Assembly: GCF_024521635.1 (NCBI RefSeq)
Contig: NW_026250407.1
Span: forward strand, 62,001-126,000
Length of the DNA: 64,000 bases
Reading direction: 5' to 3'
Source of the DNA: Tricharina praecox
Taxonomy: Eukaryota
In this document: positions 1-15,113 of the stretch, piece after piece
Numbering within the stretch: the first letter of the stretch is position 1
Layout of the letters: every line of letters begins with the position of its first letter
The notes under the pieces: generated by a model
The model's database searches: none
Told to the model about the DNA's origin: nothing
Seen by the model: only the letters and a program-made list of their open reading frames with translations
Made by a program: the position numbers and the translations under genes

Positions 1-3000
1 GCTCGGCTCAAAGTCACTATCCTCCTCACTATCCTCATCCCCGTCTTCCACCCCATCCCCCGCCTCCTCGGGCTTCGGCAGCAGCTCCTTGGGAACCCAC
101 ACGACCAACACGCCCTTCTCAGCCGCGCAGCCGTCGCCAGCCGGCAGAGTCTTGAGCGTTTTATTGAAGTAGCGATCCACGACCTTCAGACTAGGGCGGA
201 CCCAAGTATCCCTGGCATACGGCAGGAGAGTGTACTCGAATTTCTCCCTAGAGACCGGCAGCAGCTGTAGTCCCATCTGCTTTGGCCCCGAGAATGCAAA
301 GGAGTCGTTGGTTTCCATCAATAGTGCAAAGGTCAGGAAGTAGTTGGTTGGGTTCTCGATGGTGTAGGTTAGGTTTAACGCACCCGGGATGGTACGGGAG
401 GGGTGCGATTCGGCAAGGACGCGGGGTTCGCGGAGGGGGACGAAGAGGCGGGGAACGCGGAAGGGGGTAGTGGTTAGTGGGGTGGTGGGGGAGGAAGTGC
501 GCCGCCAGTGGAGGTGGAGAGTTGTGTCGAGCGTGGACGGACTGCGGTCTTCGAGACTGTGTTTGGAGACATCGAGGCTGAAGGGAATTTTGATAGTTTT
601 AGAAGGTTCGAGGGCTGATGTGTTAGTAAAAGTCGCAAAAATCCAGGAGAGGAATGATGCTTACAGATAGCCTTCTGCTCACCAGGAGAGATTTCACACG
701 CCGCTGCGCCAGCCACCTGCCGCAGAGGCAACTCCCATCCTTCGATTGTGATATCATCCTTCCCAACGCCCTGAATCGCAGCCATCAGGCGCCACCGCTG
801 CACAATCCCTTGCGGCTTAACATCCTCTTTAGCAGCGCCATCGTCCGCAAATAGCTCATTGTCGAGCGAGAAGTAGTCGGGCCAGATATCATGGCGCACT
901 CGCGGGGAAAAGTCAAAGGTGCAGTCGAACGGAGACACAATGGGCATGTCCACCATAACCATCTTTTCCGTCGGCGTTTCAGGGTCCGATACGAGGTTAT
1001 AGCGGAGCTTAATCTCGAGCGTGCAGTCTGCAGGTTCGGGAGCGGAGGGAAAGGTGAAGTATCGAGTGATATGCTGGTTGGGCTTCATGTTGCCCAGAGG
1101 ATGGAGAGATGCTGTCGGTTCCAGGGCGGAGCCATCGTCTGCTAGCCAAGTGATGACTGGCCCTTCGCAAGTGTTAGTTGCCCAGCTACCGTCGTGGAGC
1201 AATTCTAACCTACCTTCTTCCATGGGCCAGCCAATAATCTTGACATCAACGCTCACATCTGCATCTTCATCCTCGCCATTCAAGACCTCAAGACCAATCC
1301 TAACCACCTCATCGGTGTAAACACCATGTTCCAGCCCTTTCGCCGAGACCTCCATCTTCGGCGGTCTAGGAAGGATGGTCAACGAGTCAGGAGCAGCTCT
1401 AAGCGGCCGTTTAACGATCTTTCCACCGGCAGTCTCTTTCCACCAGACACTCGTTCCGCCATTCTGTGTCGTGAAGACATTCTTAGTCGGGAGCGGATGT
1501 ACAGCAGCCGGGGTATCGTCTTCGCCAAACATCACGACGAAATCAAGATCGAAGCTGTCGTTGACAATACCAAAGGTACCACAGATCGCCTTGGCGCTGC
1601 CGGCTTCCCTCAGGATCGCGGAAAGCTCAAAGACCTTGACTTTGCCCGGTGCGATGGATAGATCTGTATCTGCTACCATGTATGTGTGCGATGCTATCGA
1701 CGTTGGTGATTGTAGCGGGGCATCAGCAGATTCCGAGTACTCATGGAGGGCGGATTGCAAATTGATTATCCGCACCGGTCGAGTCTGTTCCGAGGTCGAC
1801 GAGGCTTTATGGCGGAGAAGTACAGTCTTGAGGCCTCCTTCATATGTTATCTTCAGCTCCGAAAACACCAGTGGCGCCGCAGAGGGATGAGCATTTGAAG
1901 CGATGCTGAGCTGCGAGTTCACTGCCTGGCCCGCATGGACAGTTGGGTACTCGAAGGAGTAGCACACGGAGACTATGAAACCGTCATTACTATGTCGCAG
2001 TTCACACATGATGGTTCAAGACTCACGAATATTCACGACATCGCTAGCTCTGGCCACAATAGTCGGCTTCACGTTCAGAGTATCAATGCCCTCCAAGCAA
2101 TTGTCCAAGTCGTATCGCTTTCCTAGCCTTTCCTTGAACACGGACTTACACATCAATTCAAACTCCGCAAGTACTACGCTTCCCGCGTCGCCACTACCGC
2201 GGCCGCACTCTATGATTCTCCACAAAACATCCTCGAGCAAGATCCACCACCCTTCTTTGCGGTATCGCGATGCAATGCCTCGAAGATCTTTCAGCGCTTC
2301 GATCCAAAGATTGGGGTTTTCCGTCGCCTTCGCCATCCTCAACACCGCAAGCTGGTAGGATATGGATTCCGCCATTCGTTCCTGCTGCCTGAGACTGAAC
2401 TCCGTCCTCGCATGCGCAAGATACGAGATCTGCAAAGCGGCATGGTCGACCTCAGTTTCCTCTCGCGGCGTCGGACACAAGTAGGTATCATTTACATCGC
2501 GATCATCCAAATTAATCTTCCTCGCCCTCTTCGCACGCACCTTCGTCCATTCCGCTGCGGCGAGGTAGTAGAATCCGGCATGGTGCAAGAGTTCGTGCGA
2601 TGTTAAGCTGACGCCCACCTTATCCGGTCTGAAGTAGATCATTGGAGGTTCCTGGTCCACAAGTCCAGGTATCCGCACTGGTGGAAGACTGACCGAGAAC
2701 ACGGGAAGGTTCGCAAGATGTAAGAGATCTGCGAGGCACTTATTCCAACGACTCAACCACGCAGCGAATCCATATGTCTGTGTCCCTTTGCCCTTTCGAT
2801 CTATCACGTCCCTCATACGGGCGATGTGATATGACCAACGTTGCTTCGCGGCCACGTAGTTCTCCACGCACAGATGGCACCGGATGATCCGCAAGATTAG
2901 TATATCGGCGAACATCCGCGCCTCCGTCCATCGCTCTGACCAGGAGCTTGTTGCCTCAAAAACCTCGGAGAGGAGTTTCTCGTAGGCAGTTTCGTAGTTT

Positions 3001-4082
3001 CTTCCGGCGCCGTCCATCTCCTGGCGGAATTCCGCAAACACACCTAGCTTGAACTCGTAACGGAGATTCCACCCTTGCGAAGACAGGGCGCGCGAGGATG
3101 GGATTGTCGGTGGCGGTACCGAGCCCTTGTTTCGTTTCCGCCGTGCATGTTTGGAGAGCTCCCGATAGTACTCCACTGCGCCGGGCCATATTGTAGCCAG
3201 TAAGCCTTGCACGAACTGTTCCAGTTCCACGGGCGATGTGTTGGATTGGGCGACGAAAAATGTAGCATTCGTGGTGAGTCCGGTGCCACGTCTGATGAAG
3301 GTCAAACGGTCATCAATCTGCGCCGAGGTCATGAGTGACCGCTCACTCAGCACCACGGCCACAAACTTTGTGCGATGTCCACTACTACGCAGCTCTTCAC
3401 TTCCGATTGAAGACGTCGACGTCAGGGAGCCGCTCGACGAGGTCAAAAAGTGCTGCTTGGATCTGTTTATCGCCTCGATGATCTTGTTATCCTCGAGCGC
3501 CTGGACGCCGGCATCACTTGTCGATGTGTTCAACCCGAAAAACGCAACGAACACAGCTGGGAGTAGTGACTGGTGCTTCCGAAGCCATATATGCGAGAGC
3601 GCACCATCGGGGAATAGCGGCGAGTCTGGCGAGAGCGGCGATATCGGCGAATGTAGAACTCGCGTGGGTGGACCTTCGGAAGGTGAGCTTGGAGCTCCCG
3701 GCGAAGGCGGATTTGCTTTTCGAGGCGGCAATCGGTATTCCTGAGCCCAGTTAGCGCACTACGCCCAACTTCAATGACACGGCGGAGGAAGCTCGATTCA
3801 TACCCGTCCTACAAGGCGTATCCGAAACACTGGGAGCTGCGGTCCCTTTGCACCCCGCTCCCCGCGCCTACCCCACAATCCAGTGGCATCGTTCTTCTGA
3901 AAGTAGTCGACCAGGCGCTCAGCCGTGTCGTCGGTGATCGGAGGAAGGTCGCAAAACACGTGGAACCCGTTGTTGAGTAGCGGGTATGGGGGAATCTCGC
4001 TGTGTCTTTCCCGTGCTCCCAGCCCGGAGACGACTACCAGCGGGGCCTCGTGGGTGATGAGCTCCTGAGGATATGCGTCCAT
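1..4082 (-). CDS. TRAPPC11: TRAPPC11 / Gryzun (foie gras) family TRAPP III subunit; multi-exon, 3' end runs off the window
   Basis: Starts MDAYPQELITHEAPLVVVSGL. Contains the foie-gras-like block YYRELSKHARRKR...GWNLRYEFKLGVFAEFRQEMD and the C-terminal YTIENPTNYFLTFALLMETNDSFAFSGPKQ. ORFs 3798-4082, 2016-3731, 474-2009 and a last exon (~625 to 1) join through GT-AG introns. The frame is still open at position 1 (...DSEEDSDFEPS). Confidence 0.88.
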
Positions 4083-5110
4083 TTGGTGGCCTCTTAGCTA
4101 TGGCGGAGGAGTGGGTGTGAGTTCGTGCGACGGGCCTGTCTGCTTCTACTTAGTGACGTACATGTGGCTTGGCAAGGCACCCTCCTCGAGGGAGTCGCCC
4201 TCCCAACAGCCACAGATAGGAAGCTTCTTTCGAGATGTTGATGATCTTCGGGCGATGGTGTTTTGGTTACAAGTAGAGGGTGCCCAGAGAGCTTGTGTTT
4301 CGGCCCGAGTGCTTCAAATATGATTTTCCGTCTGCCTGTACCCGTAGGTACCATTCACTCTGCTCCTGTTGTACTGGAACTCTCGAAACGACTATGCTCA
4401 GCTCAGCCTTGTTTGAGCCCCACATCCGATCAGTCATAAGCGCGCATAATCGGTGCACCCCCTCGATGTTCCACCTCTATTTCATTGATTTCCCCCCCCT
4501 CTCTCTCCACCTCCGTTTAGATAGTAGGTACCCCTAAAGTCCCCCTCTTCACCTTAAATCTCAGAGCCACAAAGTACCTATTCCAACCGCTTACTTACTT
4601 GGATACTCCAGTCGGTAGATATATCCTCACAGTCTCTTCGTGATGACCGTCGTTATCAATCCCTTCCCTATGGCAACCGAAGTTTCCCCACACTACGTCA
4701 TCGGAAATCACTCGGAAATCCTTCTATCGCCGAGCTAGAAGCTGATCCACGAACTTGTACAAGACGAGAACAGAGCATTAAGCTGAAGATCTACTCTTGT
4801 CTTTTCTCTCCTCTCTTCTCCTCACCTCTCTCTTCTTTGTTGCGTGATTGCTCCTTCTTGTTGTATGATGCTGTGGCTTTGCACTTAAGCATGAATTATG
4901 GTTGCTAGGTGACACAACCATCTTGGCTCGCCGGCGGCTCAAGAGAGAGTTCACTAGCATGGCGGTCCGCTCGTTGGTTCGCTCCATCTCGGGAGCCAAA
5001 CACCCAGAACGCGGACAACCCACTCCTCCTCCTCTTTCTCCTCCTCGTCATATCCTCCTTCCCCCACCTACCAATCTACACGCTTAGATTCGCCATTCTA
5101 CTTTCCCGCC

Positions 5111-6880
5111 ATGGCTGTCGAACGCCGGTTAGTTCAGGAAACAATAACGTAAGTCCCACAGTCTCCCCCCCCTCCAGTGATTCTCAGTTCCTCTCCTACA
5201 AGGTCAGGCGAAACTGACCGACGATTTCAATCTGCAGAAACCTTAAACGTGCCCTGGCAGCACGCGATGATGGTCTTACCTCCTCCTCCTCCTCCTACAC
5301 CCCACCTACCTTCGCGCTGTTCACTCCTCGCGGCAATCCTGCTAACGCCTCACTGCAGCGTCCGATTCGGATGACACGATCGTCGGGAACTCGAACCGCG
5401 GGCGTAAGCTCAAGCGCAAGGCACAAAACGTCCACGAGGGAAAACTAGACGACGGTAGAGGGGTTAACGGATACAAAGAGGTATACTTGCTGTGCTAGCC
5501 GCTGGGTACGTCGGGGAGGAGTGTTTGCTGACGTGAATCGCGCTGCCACTTAGGAAATCGAGTATTTCGGAAGACGGAAAAAGATCATCTACCGCAAGCC
5601 CAGTCGTCGCAAAAAGATTGCTGTCGATTCGGACGAAGAGGATTCGCAGAGCAGTGACGCAGAAGGAAGCGTGGATGAATCTACAGACCCTTATGAAGGA
5701 CTGGACATCGCGAGTGTGTAACCTGTCACTTATAGCTCCTGTTGTTCCGGCCCTTGGGTGTAGGATCGGGTTACTGACGCGAAGTGCTTCTTTGGAAACA
5801 GAGCTCCTGGCCCCACTCGATTCTGCCGCAGATCTACCCTCGCATCCCTCGCTGGCCTACATCTACACGTCACGCACTCTTAATGAGCTGTTGCAGCAAT
5901 CACTCGTGAAGATATGTGAAGAGCAGGCGCACACGGTTAAACTGAAGAACCTTTTAACGAAGTTCTTGGGCGACGACCCGTTTATCAACCTGGAGAAGAT
6001 GCACTGGACAGAAGAGGACCACACTTCGATGACGCGGGAGCGGAGCGAGGGCATCCTCCGGCAGTTCTCTGAGTTGACAAGCAACGGAAACGGGCGGGCT
6101 GGTGCGACAAACGGTGCAGAATCGAACGGCAAGCTTGCGAACGGCACGCCGAAACCCGCCGAGAATGGAGTTGAACCTGATGACGAGATTTCGGGAGCAG
6201 TTAATGGTATCACAGCTTCGGGCTCACGGACCGCGCTCCCTGACTCAGAGAATAAAGACACTCCTATGCAAGACACCGCCATGGAAGATGACGACACGAC
6301 AGTTCCAAAAACTGAAGACCCAAGCTCCCATGACGAAGAGATGCGCGAAGCTAGCGCGCCGCCAGAACCCCGTAGGATGACGACGCGTTCGGCAAACCAG
6401 AATAATGGCGGCTCACCCGCGCCGCCCTCGGAAGCTCCCAGCATCGAGATCGATCCCTTCTTTTTCCCGCCGGACTACAAGGTCGACCGTGACAATGGTC
6501 TGCCACCTGCGGAAGCCGAGGAGACGCGCCGTCTGCTATCCGCCGCTGTTCAGCGCCAAGATGAGTTCCTCCGTGGGCTGAAGAAGGTGCATGATGGCCT
6601 ACTGCGAGCGGAAAGCATGCGCAAGAAAGTATGGGACTGGTGTAGGACCATGGAGGGCATGCGGGAGTATCACAAGCATCTCACCGAGGTATCCAGAGAC
6701 ACGGAGCTACGAACCTTTGACATTGACACCGGAGAAGGCGTGGGTCTCAGCGATGGTGAAGACTGGTACGATATGGACGGATGGAAGTTGGAAGAGCCTC
6801 TCGAGAAAGGCAGAGAAGAGGAGGACGAGGGTGACATCGTTACTCATGGCAAGAAGACGAGACGAAGAGGTGACAGGTGA
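5111..6880 (+). CDS. RXT2: Rxt2-like subunit of the Rpd3L histone deacetylase complex (5 exons)
   Basis: Spliced reading MAVERRLVQETIT/NLKRALAARDD/ASDSDDTIVGNSNRGRKLKRKA...DPYEGLDIA/ELLAPLDSAADLPSHPSL matches the RXT2 N-terminal family pattern. Four GT-AG introns with branch points; TGA ends at 6880. Confidence 0.82.
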
Positions 6881-7426
6881 ACTTCTTTTGCATATGTACA
6901 TTCTTGTATTTATGGGCGCTTCTTCTGTTCGGGATGGTTTCTTTACTGCTGTAACTCTCTGGGTTCCTTCTGCACTTTTGTCTTGTTTTTGATAGCCTGA
7001 TTTGGCGATGGAGTATGGCGTGGGAGGATGTATTGCTTTAGCCCTTGTTTTCGTAGTTCTTGTTTGCATAAATCTGCTGCTTTTATATAGCTCACTGCGA
7101 AGGACGGGCGTGCAGAACGGAGGTTGTGAAGTCGCCGCCAGCACCGGGTGATTTTTCATGAATGCGTGTATTGCCTCTCAGGCAACACCAGCCAATATCA
7201 GCACTTTCACGGTTGCATGCATACAATTGCACTCCCACAATTCTTCCTGGTGCCTCAACTACAGCCAATCGAGCGCAATCATCGCCATCACCGCGACAGA
7301 GCCAACTTACCCGGCACTCGCCGCGTAAAGTTATTGCCACGCTAGAAACTCCCATCACGTCACGTCTCCCTTCCGAAAGCTCCGCAGCACCCAACAAATC
7401 CCACACATCACACACCAATTTTTACC

Positions 7427-8976
7427 ATGACCACCACACTCCCTTCCGCCGAAGTTTGTACCTCACTCCTACCCCCCTCCCGTCGTACTGACAGATACTC
7501 TTAGTCCCTCGTCCACTCCTCAAGCAAGCGCACGCGCGCCTTCTTCGCCGCGGACTTCGCCGGCGCCGCGCTCGACGACACGACGGCGCACAAGTCGCTG
7601 CTGACCGCGAAGCTGCGCAGCGAGTACGACGGCGTGCGGACGCTGCCCGCCGCGCTGCAGGCAAAAATCGATGGTGCGGCTAAGAAGCGGCGGACAACGA
7701 CGACTGGCGGTAGCGGTGGCAAGAAGCAGCAGCAGCTGGCGCTCGCGGGTACAGAGGATGGCGTGGATGTCGGCACGCAGAGGCTTATCGAGGGCATTCC
7801 TGCGGGTGATGGGCAGGGGAGTTTGGCGCTTAGCTTGAGGCCGAGGGGGGCGGGGGTGGGGACGGGGTTTTTGCCGGGTGCGGCGGGACCTGGCGCGGGG
7901 ACGGGTCTCGTCCATAGGGAGGCCATACAGCAGGTTAAGCCGAAGTGGCACGCGCCGTGGAAGCTGATGCGGGTTATTTCCGGGCATCTGGGGTGGGTGC
8001 GGACGCTGACGGTCGAGCCGGGGAACCAGTGGTTTGCGACGGGGGCGGGGGACCGAACCATCAAGATTTGGGATCTGGCGTCGGGGTCGCTGCGGTTGAC
8101 GCTCACCGGACATATCTCGACCGTGCGCGGCCTCGCGGTCAGTCCGCGCCACCCCTACATGTTCTCGTGTGGCGAGGATAAGATGGTCAAGTGCTGGGAC
8201 CTCGAGAGTAATCGCGTCATTCGGCATTACCACGGGCACCTGAGCGGTGTGTATGCGCTGCAGCTGCATCCGACGCTGGACGTGCTCGTTACTGCAGGAC
8301 GAGACGGCGTGGCGCGGGTGTGGGACATGCGCACGCGCACCAATGTCATGGTTCTCGGCGGCCACCAGGGCACGATCTCGTCGCTGCTCACACAGGAGGC
8401 GGACCCGCAGATCATCACCGGGTCGATGGACAGCACGATCCGGCTGTGGGATCTCGCGGCGGGGAAGTCGATGGCGGTGCTCACGCACCACAAGAAGAGC
8501 GTGCGCGCGCTCTGCTCCCACCCAAAGGAGTTCACGTTCGCCTCTGGCTCCGCGGACAACATCAAGCAGTGGAAGTGTCCCGAGGGCGCGTTCATGCAGA
8601 ACTTTGAGGGCGCTGGCGGCATCATCAACACGCTTTCAGCCAACGAAGACGATGTCCTCTTCTCGGGCGCGGATAATGGCGAAATGTGCTTTTTTGACTG
8701 GAAGAGCGGGTACCGCTACCAAAGACTCGATACTACCGCACAGCCGGGAAGTTTGGATGCTGAGTTGGGGGTGTTCTGCTCGACGTTCGATAAGACGGGG
8801 CTTAGACTCATCACTGGAGAGGCGGATAAGACGAGTGAGCCCCCCTCCCCCCCCTTGATCATGCTCCCCTTACTAACAAAAAAACAGTCAAAATATGGAA
8901 ACAAGACGAGAACGCGACGGAGGAGACGCACCCGCTAGATTGGAAGCCAACATTACAGAGAAGGAGACAGTTTTGA
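7427..8976 (+). CDS. PRP46: Pre-mRNA splicing factor Prp46/PLRG1, WD40 subunit of the NineTeen complex (3 exons)
   Basis: [22 protein letters not shown], seven WD repeats and C-terminal [21 protein letters not shown]. Introns at ~7454-7504 and ~8835-8887. Confidence 0.96.
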
Positions 8977-9439
8977 TGTACCAAGCGTTTTCGTTTTCTG
9001 TTTTCTGTTTTCTGTTCAAGGGTTGGTGACGAGATGGGATGTGGGGATATCACTCATGCATGTGTTTTTTATAATAGATCAGTCTGGTTGATGCATCGGG
9101 ATCATGAGTTTGTTTGGACGGTTGGGGCTACTACATGCTGATCGTGGTTTTCTGGGAGCTTTGACGAACGATGATACCAGTGAGTTCACGAGAATTGGGC
9201 TCTGCATGAAGTATCATTCGGACTACCTAGCACTCAGGCTATATCTACCATCTACCTCAGCCATGCACAAGGTATCACCACAAACAGAAGAAAAGAAAAG
9301 AAAAGAAAAAGTGAAAATCAAGCCGAAAAATCTCTAGGATGTGACGTAGGTAACGAAATGACCAGACCAGACCAAACCGAGTATTCAATCAACCAGATGA
9401 TACACAGCGAACACATCGAACCCACCCCCACTACCTAGC

Positions 9440-12261
9440 CTAGTACACAACAGCCTGGCCGCCCGTCCACGCCTCCACCTGCGTCATTTTCTGGCGGGCG
9501 ACATTCTCCTGCGCGCTCTTGACGAGGCGTACGACCTGTCGAACGGTATCAAGGAACTCCGCAAAGCCGTCGTCGTTGTACTCGTCGGGGACGTGCTCGC
9601 GCTGACGGCCGTCCTTTACCGTTTCGGCGTCGCTGTCTGTGGCGGGCTGCGCCGACGAGCTGGGGAAAAACTTCTCAATGTCCGGGTCCCAGTCGCCGCG
9701 CTGCCCCAGCTGCGCTACTGCCTGCTGGCTCAGGTATTGGTCCCAGCGCTTGTGCCAGATTGCGCAGCCCCAGCGCGTGTCGAATGGCGTGTCGAGGCCT
9801 CGGTACGAGATGGGCACGCCGTCTGGGTACAGCGTCGACACAGGGTGAATCGGGAGATGTTCGTACCGCGTCAGTTCGAAGACGTAACTGGTGCGGGGTA
9901 GGTAGTAGCGGTACTTGGTCTTCTGGACAACACCGGAGACGGACATGCCGGGGAGGTTGACAAACGTGATGCGCGGGATGGTGGGGCGGGTATCGGGCTG
10001 TCCTAGCTCCGGAAGGGGTGCGGCGGTGAATTCGTCCGGAATATACTCGATGCCGAGAGCCCGAGAGAATTCCTGGAAGATGGGATAGTGTGTCTCGCGG
10101 TATAGTGACCAGGTGACGATCTCGATCTGGTATCCGAGATCTGCTTGGACATCTATCACCTTGATGTTGACCGGTCCCTTGCGCGGGTTGTCGGCATTGG
10201 GACGGCTCTCTTTGTCCCTCGTGTTGAGCCAGCGACGGTCCAGTGGACGGTATTCCCTCTTGCCGGGTAGACGTTCGTAAGTGACTTCCAGACGAATATC
10301 CTGAGCCGCACCCTGCTCGTCGTACAGCTTGAGCTCGAAAGTAGCCGAGATCTGGGGTTCGACGACTGGGCCCTCGCTCCTGTGATCGGGATTGGTGTCC
10401 ATCGGCGTAAAGATACGGTCGCAGTATTGGCGCAGCTCGTCGGCCACCTCATTGTCCTTGATGCCGTATCTACCGCTGCCGATAGACCTGATGAGCTCGC
10501 CGTCGGTCTGGCTGTTGCGAACCATCGCACCGAAGTCGAGAATGTCATAGGTGTTTTCCCTTGCCCTTCTGTAGCCGTACAGAACCATCTTTCCAATGTA
10601 TACCCTGATCCTCGCATGGCCCAGGAAATAGGTGAGATCCTGTATGCCCTGCTCGAGTGCTTTACGCATGTAAGTGTCATTCGCTCTGGTCAAGATCTCG
10701 CTCTTGATCTTCCACGACTGGAGAAACTTCAGATTCGGCGCGGGGCCGCCTAGCAACATCTGGATACCCTTGTTCGCCTCGAGACGCTTGACCGTGACTT
10801 GGCGGTTGATGAGGTCGTGGTTCTCGTTGGCGACGATCTTGGTGGCACTGAGATTCACGGAGGGTGGGTGCAGGAGGACCATCTTCGTCGGCCTCCGCCT
10901 CTTGGCCGCAACCTCGCAGAAGACGCCACGAATGCGCGACACGGCAATGTCGACGTCCCTGGGGTCGTCACCGAGAACGCGAAACATGTTCCCCTTCCTG
11001 TTGAACAGGATCCAGACCTTCTGATCGAAGCGGATATCGTCAAGCGCTTCACATGCCAATCCGAGGATCTGCTGCGGACTGCGTTCCTTGGCCGGCCAGA
11101 TGAAGATGCCCACCGCCGGGAACGAAATACCAGTCGGCGGCGGCAGCCGATACATCTTGCGGACCCTCGCCTCCTTGATCATATTGTCGATCATCTGCTG
11201 CTTCTTATCCGTCGGCATGGCCCTGATCTTTACCCATAGACTGGAACGCCGCGCTCCATGCTCAAGATCGTTTTGAACCTGCTCCATAAGCGCATGCAGA
11301 TCGCGTCTCGCCGACAACAGCCGGTCAGCAGTTCCCCACATCCACAGCACCGGCTCGCTCATGTCTACCGGCATCGAGATATGGGTACCCGTCTTCCTCG
11401 CGATGTGCAGGACATTGTGGCTGTTGGCACCAAAGAAACGGGCATCGAATTCGGCGTGACGGCGAGTAGGCAGCACAAAAGAATCTACACACATTATTAG
11501 CCAGTGCTCCCAACGCCACAGTCCGACAGTTAAGATGCCATACTATCAGGGGGCTGTCCCGCTCTCTCAGCCAGATCAGCTTCATTCGCCCTCCGGAAGC
11601 CAGTGGGATGCTCATCGTCGTAGTCCTCGTCCTCCTGCTCCAGCTGCAGGATATTCGGCCTCGCAAATCCCTCAATGCCATACTCATCCTGCAAGCCCTC
11701 GACACCATAAACGTTATTGCCCCAAGCCGGGCTACTTTGCAACCCCTCATACGGCACCATAGCATTTCCGGGCGCACCGTAACCTGTCGTAGCGGTCGTC
11801 GCAGTGCGTATGGTGGACACGGTGCTGGCAGTATCGCTGACGATTGAGCGGGCCTGTCTCGCAGCACCGCTCCTACGGCCACCCCTGTGCGGAACGAGCG
11901 TAAACTCCTGGCCCTGCTGCTGCTGCTGCTGCTGAAACCCCTGCCCCGCGGAAATCCTGTGCTGAAACCCCAGGCTCGCCCCGGCCCTCGAGCTCTCGCC
12001 GCCACTAACCGTGGGGCCCACAGGCTGTCTCACGGGAAAACCGGGCGGCGCACGCAGTGGTTCTCGCTGCCTCTGCTGGCCGCCGCCGTAGCCGCGCTGG
12101 ACATTGGCATTGGGCGGTGCGCGGGTGTGCACAACTAGCTGCTGCGACGACGGCTGTGGCTCCGGCGACGAAGAAGACCGCTCGGCCTGCACCCATGCGG
12201 CATCGAATTCATAGTCGGGATCGCATGCCGACGAGGAGGTTGTCGCCGCTGAGGTCGACAT
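9440..12261 (-). CDS. Uncharacterised ~915 aa protein: disordered Q/G-rich N-terminus, two KH-like domains, unknown C-terminal domain (2 exons)
   Basis: ORF 11530-12261 splices (GTATGG...CTAAT...TGTAG) in frame into ORF 9440-11494. KH-like segments are FFGANSHNVLHIARKTGTHISMP...WMWGTADRLLSARRDL and QILGLACEALDDIRFDQKVWILF...FRVLGDDPRDVDIAVSRI. Confidence 0.75.
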
Positions 12262-13018
12262 TGTGCGTGCTTGCGTGCTGGGGGATTCTTCGTGTCAGTA
12301 TCGTTGTCGGTGTTGGTGGGGCTGGACGTGGATGCGGGCGGGTGGAGGGTGGAGAGTGAGAGTAAGAGTGGGTTGGCGGGGTATGTGTGAGATGGGATGG
12401 GATGGGCTTCGGGAAGCTATGCACAGAGCTTTAGGTTTGGGACTAGTTAATGCCCCACGTTGTTGGAACTTGACTAGGTGCCGCGTTGGTGCTTTCGCTA
12501 AATCAACCTCGAGGCGAGAACAGGGCGTGGCGCTGACCGGGGTGGGGGTGGGGGTGGGGGTGTGGGTGGGGGGAGGGGGGGAGGGGGGTATCTTATTGTT
12601 GGACGCGAGCTCTGCAGCTGTGCGGGGTGGTAGTTACAACGGCTCTCGAGATTAATGCAAGTAACTGCTTCGTTTAGCTAAGGATTTGTGCGTGTGACTG
12701 TGGACGGTTGTTTGAATACACATTCCTGGAACGTCACTCATGAGCTTCCGTAGAACATGATGGAGCTCAATCCGCCAATGATCTTGGGTGGCAGGAATGG
12801 TCGGTTTTGTGGTCGTCGTAGCCTAGACAGGCTGTATACGACGATAAATCGATGTTCATGGCAGCGTCGACAGCCAGAATGAAGGTACGAAGTACTGAAT
12901 GAACCTATGCAAAGCCCTTCCCACAGAAAACAAACAAACAAACAAGCAGGCAAGTAGGCAGGCACAAGCAAGCAAGCAAACACACAGAACACAAAAACAA
13001 AGAGCAGCCCCCGCCCAG

Positions 13019-14932
<1,914 letters not shown>

Positions 14933-15106
14933 TATTTCTCTCTTTCAGTCACCTTCTCGTCGTTGCGGTTGTTAGATAGGTACTCTATGTAGGTAGGTAG
15001 CTGATACGAGTAGAGCTCGGCTATCCCCGGACCGAATTGGATTGACGTAATACGTGCAGGCTGCAGTCAGCTGGCCAGCTTAAGCTTGCGGGGCAGCTGA
15101 GAGACC

Positions 15107-15113
15107 TTTTATA
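15107..15113 (-). promoter_or_regulatory. Candidate TATA box of PUT2
   Basis: TATAAAA on the minus strand ~175 nt upstream of the PUT2 ATG, with GC boxes (GCGGGG) nearby. Confidence 0.5.

Noticed and set aside
7160..7200. TPP riboswitch suggested by CTGAGA on the minus strand
   Set aside because: The downstream GAACCTGAT...TAAT...GCG core is absent and no thiamine gene is nearby.
7501..8858. Long alternative-frame and antisense ORFs over PRP46 (also over PUT2, PMC1, NPL6 and SGM1)
   Set aside because: Shadow ORFs produced by GC-rich codon usage of the real genes; no independent motifs.
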